The notes beneath the pieces were generated by a model, which saw only the letters and a program-made list of their open reading frames with translations, did not search any database and was not told where the DNA came from. From Bacteroidota bacterium (GTDB taxonomy: Bacteria > Bacteroidota > Bacteroidia > Chitinophagales > Saprospiraceae), in contig JAAAOU010000364.1 of assembly GCA_009908745.1 (NCBI GenBank), forward strand, positions 309-64,308: 64,000 nucleotides of DNA, given 5' to 3'. A program made the position numbers and the translations under genes. Positions 56,634 to 64,000 of the stretch are shown here, one piece after another (the stretch's first letter is position 1; every line of letters starts with the position of its first letter).

Positions 56634-57188
56634 TTATGCTTTTCGGCTTACCAATACGAAGGCCGGCGGCACGTTGAGTGCCACGAAGTTGACATCCACG
56701 TTGCCGAAAACAGATTGGTAGAGCTGCTTCATGACCAGAGAGTAGTGCACCTGTATGTAGCGCCCTCCTTTTTGGAGGCAGCGGTGGGCTTCACCGACGA
56801 TCTCCTGGCCCACTTCTTTGGGTAGGGCTACAAAGGGGATAGCGGAAATGATGAAATCGATTTGCTCAAACCCCGCCTCTCTCATATACCGCTCAAGATG
56901 CTCTGCGGAGTCCTCGATCACCACGAGGCGGTCGTCGTTGATTTGCCGCATCTGATCGCAGAATTTGGTATTCACTTCAAAGGCGAGGAGCTTAGCATCC
57001 GGCCGCATGCTGTTGAGGATGTACTTGGTGATCACCCCGTCTCCGGCTCCCAACTCTACAATCAGTTTGGCAGAGTCGAAGTCAACGTGCTTGATCAGGC
57101 CTTTGCACAGGTGCTTGGAACTGCGTGTAATCGTACCTACGGTCTGTATGTTGCGCAACCCCTCCCGCAGAAATTCGATATGTCTCAT
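56634..57188 (-). CDS. Phospholipid N-methyltransferase-like SAM methyltransferase (PmtA/COG3963)
   Basis: VGTITRSS..L, VELGAGDGVIT, FEVN..F, IISAIPF, YIQVHYS, N.PPAFV. Confidence 0.85.
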   Translation of the reverse strand: MRHIEFLREGLRNIQTVGTITRSSKHLCKGLIKHVDFDSAKLIVELGAGDGVITKYILNSMRPDAKLLAFEVNTKFCDQMRQINDDRLVVIEDSAEHLERYMREAGFEQIDFIISAIPFVALPKEVGQEIVGEAHRCLQKGGRYIQVHYSLVMKQLYQSVFGNVDVNFVALNVPPAFVLVSRKA

Positions 57189-57290
57189 ATTATTTTATCA
57201 TTAAAATCGCTTAATCTTATTGACAGACAAAAGGCTAAAGTACGAGCTTTTTGGCAGATGCTATAACGCCCGAGCTCTCGGCGGTATTCT

Positions 57291-58088
57291 TTACTCCAAA
57301 AGTGGGGCCTCTGCCGGGAGGCGGTAGCCGTACCGTTGAAAGATGCGCTTGGCCGCAGGGCTGGATAGAAAACGGAAAAATAACTGGCTGGCTTCCGCCG
57401 CGTCCGATTGGCCGAAAGCCGTGACGACAGCCCCCTGCTCTATGGGCAGGTAGCTCTCCTCGGGGAGCTCTACCCACTGCCCTTTTCCTTCCATGGCGGG
57501 GGAAAGCACCACCGACATGGCCGTAATACCAAGATCAGCGGCGCGGGTGGTAATGTACTGGTTCGTCTGCGCGATGCTCTCTCCGTACACTAGCTTATCT
57601 TCCAGTTTTTCGTGTACCCCATAATGCTGCAAATAGCGAATGGCCTGTGCGCCGTAGGGGGCGTTCTTTGGGTTGGCAACCGCTATCTTGGTGATACGGT
57701 CATCTAGCAAGTAATTCGGGTCGGGATATAGGTCGACGGCATTGAGCGTCCAGGCCACAAGCTTGCCTTGGGCGTAGATTTTTACTCTGCCGACTGCTGC
57801 GCCCTTTTCGAGTAAGGTTTTGGGATATTTCGTGTTAGCGGAGAGCAGTAGATGGTACGGGGCTCCTTCAACGATTTGAGCCGTAAGCTTCCCCGAGGAG
57901 CTCACCGTAGGTTCAATCCGTATGTTGTGAAGGTGCTGGAAAGTATCAGCCAGTTCGGACATCGCCATCTGCACATTGGCCGCGGTAGCAACGCGCAGCA
58001 CAGGAGTCTTAGAATCGCTTGCCGACTCGCCAGCGTTAGAGCAGGAAGCGCAGGCCGCCAGCAGCAAGAGGAATATAGGGATACGCAC
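57291..58088 (-). CDS. modA: Molybdate ABC transporter substrate-binding lipoprotein
   Basis: VATAANV, SSSGKL.AQI..GAPY.L.LSAN, IAVANPKNAPYG, VYGESIAQT. Probable GTG start at 58088 with lipobox. Confidence 0.92.
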   Translation of the reverse strand: MRIPIFLLLLAACASCSNAGESASDSKTPVLRVATAANVQMAMSELADTFQHLHNIRIEPTVSSSGKLTAQIVEGAPYHLLLSANTKYPKTLLEKGAAVGRVKIYAQGKLVAWTLNAVDLYPDPNYLLDDRITKIAVANPKNAPYGAQAIRYLQHYGVHEKLEDKLVYGESIAQTNQYITTRAADLGITAMSVVLSPAMEGKGQWVELPEESYLPIEQGAVVTAFGQSDAAEASQLFFRFLSSPAAKRIFQRYGYRLPAEAPLLE

Positions 58089-58445
58089 AAGCTGTGGTTT
58101 TGTTCCTAGCGAAGGTAAGAAAAAGTGCAGCCCCAGACTAAGCCGGGGCTGCCCCAAAAAACCAACTTCAAAAGGGGGGTCTCTTGGCAGCGTGTTTTCT
58201 GCCGGTCTATCGAGTGGATAAACCCGGCCGCTGCCTTATTGGTAAGTGGTATATAGGCCCATGAGGGCGGGAGAATTAACGTTAAAGAATGGGGGGAGCA
58301 ATATGTACATAGCCTTGATCTACTACCGCGTGCAACAGGGTAGGTCATAAGTCAAAGCCGACCTTATAATTAGGGGGTATGTACTATTGAAGTTGGAAAG
58401 GTATGTTCGCCAAATGCCAAATATAAGGAAAAAACTATCAATCTG

Positions 58446-59027
58446 CTAGACTTTACCCAAGTCTTTGGCTGCCGCTTCGAGTTGGTCAAAGAAGGCTTGC
58501 CCATATTTGCGCACTAGCGCTTCTTTGACGAATTGAAACACAGGGAGTTGTTTTTGCTTGCCTAGTGAGCAAGCCGCCGAGCAGATATCCCAGCGGTCAT
58601 AATTGAGCGCCTCCATACCCGTGGCTTCGTGCTTGCTGGCCCGGATGGGGTACAATTCGCAGGAGATCGGCTTTTTGAAGTCAGTAGCCCCGGCGCGGTA
58701 AGCTTTCTCGATGCCGCATTGGGCCACGCCTTTTTCGTCGGTGGTCATGAAAGCGCAAGCACCGTTGGGCAGCAGGCTAGTGCCATACTCTTGGTTTTCT
58801 TCGTAATAGGCGTATGGCCCCTCAGACTCGATGACCGCCTGCCCCTCAAGGGTGAGGAAAGGCCTTACCTCGTCGTAAATGCGGCGGAGCGTCTCCAGCT
58901 CTTCTTCCTCAAGGGGGGCACCGAAGTCACCCTCCCAGCAGCAAGCCCCATGGCAGGCCGACAGGTTGCAGTGGAATTGCTCCTCCAGCACGTCATCGCT
59001 AATCAGTATATGGTCTATCATCAACAT
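58446..59027 (-). CDS. DUF3109 family protein
   Basis: FHCNLSACHGACCWEGDFGAPL, CAF, CGIEKAY, KPISCELYPIR, WDICSAAC. Confidence 0.92.
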   Translation of the reverse strand: MLMIDHILISDDVLEEQFHCNLSACHGACCWEGDFGAPLEEEELETLRRIYDEVRPFLTLEGQAVIESEGPYAYYEENQEYGTSLLPNGACAFMTTDEKGVAQCGIEKAYRAGATDFKKPISCELYPIRASKHEATGMEALNYDRWDICSAACSLGKQKQLPVFQFVKEALVRKYGQAFFDQLEAAAKDLGKV

Positions 59028-59055
59028 AAGTCAGTCAACCCCTTGGTTTTAAATG

Positions 59056-59063
59056 CAAAAGTA
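59056..59063 (-). promoter_or_regulatory. TAnnTTTG -7 element for DUF3109
   Basis: Minus-strand TActTTTG 28 bp upstream of the ATG at 59027. Confidence 0.55.
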
Positions 59064-59173
59064 CGGCTGCCAATCCGAAAAGCCAGCCTTCGCCCCGCTA
59101 ATTTTAGCCAAATCGGCCGCTGGCTGCTGGCAGGTTCCCCAAAAATTGTATTTTAGCCCGAAACCACACAAGC

Positions 59174-59587
59174 ATGAAACCTACACTAGCTTTACTCTTT
59201 ACCATACTCGCCTTCTCTACGCTGCAAGCTCAGGAAAAAGTCGATCCTGCCGCAGTTGAAAAAGCCGTAGACAAGATGGCCCAACAGTATCAGCTGAACG
59301 CGGAGCAGCGGGAGCAAGCAGCCGAGATTCAAACTCGCCGCCTGCGCAACCTGGCCGAAATAGCGCCGCTGCAAAAGACCGCCTACAAGCAGTACCTGCA
59401 AAAGAAACACTTCATCCGCGAAGCTACACAGGCTTCCCTGCGACGAATGCTCACCCCCGAACAGATGCCCATCCTCAAACAACAGCTGCTCGAGCGCCGC
59501 AAACAAGAGTCCAAGCTCATCGAGCGCCTGAAAGCAGAAGGGGCATCACAGGAAGACATTCAAATCGCTATCTGGGAATTAGACTAA
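59174..59587 (+). CDS. Periplasmic helical protein (Spy/CpxP-like)
   Basis: Signal peptide; LNAEQREQ and LTPEQ motifs; 137 aa. Confidence 0.7.
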   Translation: MKPTLALLFTILAFSTLQAQEKVDPAAVEKAVDKMAQQYQLNAEQREQAAEIQTRRLRNLAEIAPLQKTAYKQYLQKKHFIREATQASLRRMLTPEQMPILKQQLLERRKQESKLIERLKAEGASQEDIQIAIWELD

Positions 59588-59592
59588 CCACT

Positions 59593-59617
59593 AGCCTCCG
59601 TCAAGGGGGCTTTTTTG
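59593..59617 (+). terminator. Intrinsic terminator
   Basis: agcctcc/gggggct stem followed by T6. Confidence 0.65.
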
Positions 59618-59818
59618 ATCCCGCTGCCAACTATTTTTTAATCTTTACTGTAGTATTATGGACAAAGCGAAACAAAAGGAATTCTAACAGAGGGCAAAAC
59701 GACAATTCTTTGGCAGACTCGTAAAGCGTTAAACGCCACGAACCCCCGTACATGGGCGCTTGTTCTCTTTGCGAATTCCGCATTTTACTACACCAACATC
59801 ACAATCATAACCAATTAA

Positions 59819-61132
59819 ATGGATCCCTTAAAACAGAAATTCAACGAAAAAGCAAACGAACTACGCAGTGAGATCAAAGCGCTGCTTAAGGAACATGGCG
59901 ACAAAAAATTTGACGAGGTAAAACTCAAGCAGATCTACGGCGGTGCCCGGGGCGTGAAGACAATGGTCTGGGAAACATCCCAGCTTGACCCCATTGACGG
60001 TATCCGTTTCCGGGGCTACTCTATTCCCGAGTTGAGGGAGTTGCTGCCCAAAGGCCCAGACGGCAAAGAACCCCGACCGGAAGGCCTCTTCTGGCTGATG
60101 CTCGTCGGCCCCACCGAAGAAGAAGTGAACTGGCTGACTGAGCAGTGGACCAGCCGCAGCCACGTGCCAGAGCATACCTTCAAAGCACTAGACAGCCTGC
60201 CGGTCAATACCCACCCGATGACGCAGTTCTCCGTGGCTATCGCTTCTATGCAGACCGAGAGCTGCTTTGCCCGCCGCTACGACGAGGGCATTCAAAAAGC
60301 AGACTATTGGGACCCCACCTATGAGGATACCATGAACCTCATTTCCCGCTTGCCACGCGTAGCCGCGCATATCTACCGCCGCACTTACCACAACGGCGAC
60401 CACATCGCACCGGATATCTCGCAGGATTGGTCGGGCAACTTCGCCCACATGCTCGGTATTGAAGGCGATGACTTCAAGAACTTAATGCGTTTGTACTTGA
60501 CCGTTCACGCAGATCACGAGGGGGGGAATGCCTCTGCCCACAGTACGCATCTTGTCGGTTCCACCCTCAGTGACGCCTACCTGTCTTTGGCCGGGGGGAT
60601 GAACGCTTTGGCCGGGCCGCTGCACGGCTTGGCGAATCAAGAGGTGATCCGCTGGATTTTCCGCATGTTGGATGCACTAGGGACGCGTACGCCGAGTGAG
60701 CAGCAGATCAAAGACTATGTACACAGCACCCTTTCGGCCGGGCAAGTGATCCCGGGCTACGGGCACGCGGTGCTTCGCAAGCCCGACCCACGCTTTATGG
60801 CGCAGAAACGTTTCGCAGAGGAATACATCAAGGACGATGAAGTCATCAACGTCGTATGGAAAATCTTCGATGTAGTCCCACCCATCCTTAAGAGCCTGGG
60901 CAAAGTGAAAAACCCTTGGCCAAATGTGGACGCCCACTCCGGCTCCTTGTTGGTACACTACGGCTTGAAGGAATACAGCTTCTACACCGTGCTTTTCGGC
61001 GTTTCCCGTGCATTGGGGGTATTGTCTGCCCTGTGCTGGTCAAGAGCGCTCGGCTTCCCGCTGGAGCGGCCTAAGTCGGTTACCACCGAATGGGTCAAAG
61101 CGCACTTGGCGGAAATGGCAAAAGAGGCGTAA
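59819..61132 (+). CDS. gltA: Citrate (Si)-synthase, eukaryotic/mitochondrial type
   Basis: GGARG...VWETS.LDP.DGIRFRGYSIPE, DHEGGNASAH, LAGPLHGLANQEV, PGYGHAVLRKPDPR, NPWPNVDAHSG. Confidence 0.95.
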   Translation: MDPLKQKFNEKANELRSEIKALLKEHGDKKFDEVKLKQIYGGARGVKTMVWETSQLDPIDGIRFRGYSIPELRELLPKGPDGKEPRPEGLFWLMLVGPTEEEVNWLTEQWTSRSHVPEHTFKALDSLPVNTHPMTQFSVAIASMQTESCFARRYDEGIQKADYWDPTYEDTMNLISRLPRVAAHIYRRTYHNGDHIAPDISQDWSGNFAHMLGIEGDDFKNLMRLYLTVHADHEGGNASAHSTHLVGSTLSDAYLSLAGGMNALAGPLHGLANQEVIRWIFRMLDALGTRTPSEQQIKDYVHSTLSAGQVIPGYGHAVLRKPDPRFMAQKRFAEEYIKDDEVINVVWKIFDVVPPILKSLGKVKNPWPNVDAHSGSLLVHYGLKEYSFYTVLFGVSRALGVLSALCWSRALGFPLERPKSVTTEWVKAHLAEMAKEA

Positions 61133-61154
61133 AAGCCATTCAATATCATACAGG

Positions 61155-61192
61155 AGGGCTGCTGTGGTATTTCGCTACGGCAGCCCTTTCTT
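61155..61192 (+). terminator. Intrinsic terminator after citrate synthase
   Basis: 13-bp stem agggctgctgtgg/ctacggcagccct followed by ttctt. Confidence 0.65.
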
Positions 61193-61207
61193 AGTCAATA
61201 GCTAGTT

Positions 61208-62206
61208 GTGAAAGCACTGAAAATCCTTCTTGGCTTACTACTCTTGCTGGTGGTAGGGTACTTCTTGGGGCCCCGGCCGGAGCCGCCCGTATTGCAGGCA
61301 AAGCGACATAAGATTGATGTCGGCCTTAGCGCTTTAGCCGACAGCATTTCTGCGGCGGAGGCCACTGTGGCTTATCTCAAGCCCGGTAACGAAGCCCGCA
61401 TCATTTGGGCAGATTCCATACCGCAACGGACGCCCTACAGCCTAGTCTACCTGCCGGGGTTTACGGCTACCTATGTGGAAGGCGAGCCGATCCACCGGGA
61501 ATTTGCCGAGCGCTACGGCTGCAACCTCTATGTGCCGCGCTGGCGGGACCATGGGCTGGAGGTGGAAGACAAACTGCTGCACTACCACCCGGATTCGGTA
61601 TTGGAAACCGCTGCGCACGCCTTGGCTGTAGGGCAACGCTTAGGCGAAAAGGTCATTTTGATGAGCACGTCCACCGGCGGTACCTTGTCCCTGCTTCTGG
61701 CGGGGCAGCTCCCGGACCAGGTAGACGGTATCATTGCCTTTTCTCCCAATATTGCGATTGACGACGGCAGCGCGGCGATGCTTACCGGCCCTTGGGGGCT
61801 GCAGATGGCCCGGTGGATGCTGGGTGGGAAGTTCCGCTCTTTCGAGGCGGACGCTGAATTCAAAAAGTATTGGTACAACCGCTACCGCATCGAGGGCCTG
61901 GTGCAGCTGCAGAACCTCGTCGAGCACGGTATGAAGCCAGCGCTTTTCAGCTCGGTTGAAGATCCATTTTTCCTCGGGTATTACTACAAAAACGAGGAGG
62001 AGAAAGACCATGTTGTTTCCATACCGGCTATGCTAGACATGTATAAGCAGCTGGGTACACCGGATTCGCTCAAGCGAAAGGTGGCTTTTCCGGATGTGGC
62101 GAACCACGCCTTGGCTTCCTACGTAGGGTCCGAAGACTTGGAGAGTGTACGCGAGGCCGTTTTCGATTTTGCGGAAAGCGTACTACGGTTGCAACCGTTG
62201 GAATAA
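61208..62206 (+). CDS. Alpha/beta hydrolase (esterase/lipase-like), N-terminally anchored
   Basis: VYLPGF.A...G, MSTSTGG nucleophile elbow, D..V, HALAS. Confidence 0.85.
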   Translation: MKALKILLGLLLLLVVGYFLGPRPEPPVLQAKRHKIDVGLSALADSISAAEATVAYLKPGNEARIIWADSIPQRTPYSLVYLPGFTATYVEGEPIHREFAERYGCNLYVPRWRDHGLEVEDKLLHYHPDSVLETAAHALAVGQRLGEKVILMSTSTGGTLSLLLAGQLPDQVDGIIAFSPNIAIDDGSAAMLTGPWGLQMARWMLGGKFRSFEADAEFKKYWYNRYRIEGLVQLQNLVEHGMKPALFSSVEDPFFLGYYYKNEEEKDHVVSIPAMLDMYKQLGTPDSLKRKVAFPDVANHALASYVGSEDLESVREAVFDFAESVLRLQPLE

Positions 62207-62232
62207 CCCTTTCTTTACCCTATCTTTCGTCT

Positions 62233-63753
62233 ATGATATGGGAAGCCCTTACTAAACTCGCCCTGCTCGGCACGGAGCGGGGGCAACTCCCCGCTGAAGT
62301 CAAATCGGCTTTGGAACAAGTGGGGGTAGATACGAGTGCCGCTCCGGAACAGCAGTTGCTAGATGCAGCCGCGCTCTACCATCAGCTGCGGCGGGCGGGG
62401 TTTCCGTTGCTCGAGGTGCCAGAGCAGGCTTCTAAAAACCTGCTGGATGATCCCCGCCATCCGCTTCCCGCCCGAGCAGCCCGGCAGTTGCAGCACATCG
62501 TGCAGGGGCGCTACCGGGGCGCGCTTACCGAGTTTCTTTCCCTCTTGGAGCAAGGCAACTGGCGAGTGCCGCCGGAACAACTGCCGACGCTGTTCACCTA
62601 CGCCTTGAAGCAACCACAGTTTTGGCAGAGACTCCGCCCTTTGATCGGCCCGAGAGGGCAATGGCTGCTCCAGCAAAATCCAGATTGGCACCCTTTAGCA
62701 GAACAGCCGCCGGCTGAAGACTGGCATGAGCAAGATATCGGGCAGCAGTTGATGATGCTGCGCTACCTCCGCCGGCGGGAGCCCGAACAAGCTTTGCCTC
62801 CCCTTCGTGCCGTATGGCCAGACCAAAACTATGCGGACAAGAAACGGTTGTTGGAAGAGTTGCAGGAAGGCCTGAGCGAAAAAGACCTCCCCTTTCTGGA
62901 AGAAGCCCGAAACGACCGCCGGAAGGAGGTCCGGCAAGCGGCAATGCACCTCTTGCTCCTCATTCCTTCCTCTACTGTACAGCAAGAGCTGTTTGCGAAC
63001 GCGCAGCAACTGCTATCGATGGACAGCAACGGCCAGTTGCAGGTCGATTATCCAGCATCTTTGACCCAAGAACTGAAGCAGTTGGGCATTGGCAAACGCA
63101 ACAAGCCGGCCTACGCTGGCGGCCAGCCGGCTACCTGGGCGTACGAAGTACTTTCTAAGGTACCCCCCAAGCATTGGGAGTCCCATTTCAAGCGGCCGAC
63201 CTTGGACTGCATGCGACTCTTCCTACGGGGCAACCGCCAACGCCTGCTTACGGATGCCGTAGCCAATGCCGCCCTGCTGCATCAGGACCATCGCTGGGTG
63301 GAGGCCATCCTCCGGCATTGGTGGCGTACTGGCCAGGAAAAACAGTGGAGCAACGCGTTGGGCAACATGCTGATAGAAGCTTTGCCCGCAGGAGCTTTTA
63401 ACGATATGCTGGAGGCACAGTTTCGCCAAGACTCGGGTTATGTTGCAGAAAACAGCCTAGCCGCTCAGCTGCTTTGCCTAGGCGTACACGAATGGTCGGT
63501 GAGCGTATCCAAAAAAGTAATTTTAGGCCTGCAAGAGCGTTTGAATGGCAGCAGTGCTTACCACTGGGATTTGTGGCACTACAAGCGCATACTGAAAGTA
63601 GCAGCATTTCGCGTAGCCCCTTCTCTGTTATCCGATCTCCGGCTGGGGTGGGACAAGCGGGCGCCAGTATGGGAACGCTGGGCACCGGACATCGACCGTT
63701 TTCTAAAAACACTGGCTTTCAGAGCGGACATGTACAAAAATCTGAAGCAGTAG
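62233..63753 (+). CDS. DUF5691 domain-containing helical-repeat protein
   Basis: ALLGTER, LLDAAAL..L.RRAG, GPRGQWL..QNP.W, LR.LR..EP, GLSEKD.PFLE.A..DRRKEVRQ.A..LL. Confidence 0.8.
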   Translation: MIWEALTKLALLGTERGQLPAEVKSALEQVGVDTSAAPEQQLLDAAALYHQLRRAGFPLLEVPEQASKNLLDDPRHPLPARAARQLQHIVQGRYRGALTEFLSLLEQGNWRVPPEQLPTLFTYALKQPQFWQRLRPLIGPRGQWLLQQNPDWHPLAEQPPAEDWHEQDIGQQLMMLRYLRRREPEQALPPLRAVWPDQNYADKKRLLEELQEGLSEKDLPFLEEARNDRRKEVRQAAMHLLLLIPSSTVQQELFANAQQLLSMDSNGQLQVDYPASLTQELKQLGIGKRNKPAYAGGQPATWAYEVLSKVPPKHWESHFKRPTLDCMRLFLRGNRQRLLTDAVANAALLHQDHRWVEAILRHWWRTGQEKQWSNALGNMLIEALPAGAFNDMLEAQFRQDSGYVAENSLAAQLLCLGVHEWSVSVSKKVILGLQERLNGSSAYHWDLWHYKRILKVAAFRVAPSLLSDLRLGWDKRAPVWERWAPDIDRFLKTLAFRADMYKNLKQ

Positions 63754-63786
63754 CATCCCAAGGCAAAAAAACTTATCTTGTTGTTC

Positions 63787-64000
63787 ATGCTGATCACCAC
63801 CGCGCTAGATACGCCTTACGGGAAAGTCGCTTACCGCAAATACGGGCAGGGCAAACGCCTGCTGATTGCATGGCACGGCTTTGGGCAGGACAGCCGCGCT
63901 TTTGAGCGGGCCATTTCAGACCGGGACCACAGTTGCACGCTCTACGCCCTTGACCTCCCCTTTCACGGGCAGACGCAGTGGATCAGGCCGGAATACCGTC
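63787..64000 (+). CDS. Alpha/beta hydrolase, N-terminal part (runs off the window edge)
   Basis: Manual translation: MLITTALDTPYGKVAYRKYGQGKRLLIAWHGFGQD...YALDLPFHG. Confidence 0.8.
   Translation, partial: MLITTALDTPYGKVAYRKYGQGKRLLIAWHGFGQDSRAFERAISDRDHSCTLYALDLPFHGQTQWIRPEYR

Noticed and set aside
4-63905. The many short overlapping antisense or alternate-frame ORFs in the track (e.g. 4-417, 8716-9354, 11046-11612, 22616-23413)
   Set aside because: They are shadows of well-supported genes on the opposite strand or frame in GC-rich DNA.
1-64000. tRNA, rRNA, IS/transposase, integrase or prophage genes
   Set aside because: No cloverleaf, rRNA-like stretch or recombinase/phage motif was recognised by eye; tRNAscan and Infernal were not run.

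Overview
This is 64 kb of a Bacteroidota chromosome, probably Saprospiraceae-like (inferred from the type IX secretion genes and cargo, TAnnTTTG promoters, mevalonate-type HMG-CoA synthase and eukaryotic-type citrate synthase). Most of it is housekeeping: mutL (partial), ddl, rho, serS, frr, rpmH, porZ, bshA, parC, hemD, citrate synthase, an ABC exporter, a two-component system and two ECF sigma factors. The standout is a tightly coupled three-gene operon at 36668-39324. It encodes a plant-type MPBQ/MSBQ methyltransferase (VTE3-like), a gamma-tocopherol methyltransferase (VTE4/Slr0089-like) and a homogentisate phytyltransferase (VTE2/Slr1736-like), i.e. a vitamin E (tocochromanol) pathway in an apparently non-photosynthetic bacterium. 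The operon is divergent from phhB and HMG-CoA synthase, which relate to its two precursor pools. The cyclase (VTE1) and HPPD are not in the window. Other notable items: an MksB-MksF condensin pair with no MksE or MksG, in reversed order behind ddl; a DUF433/DUF5615 toxin-antitoxin pair bracketed by two direct copies of a composite 49-bp tandem-repeat element; a second repeat-flanked segment with a T9SS beta-helix protein and an orphan antitoxin; a CarH/LitR-like regulator lacking both cobalamin-associated histidines; a dual-membrane-spanning anti-sigma candidate; and an AT-richer SulP/LysR block. I found no rRNA, tRNA, CRISPR array or transposase. All family assignments come from motif recognition from memory, not from database searches.
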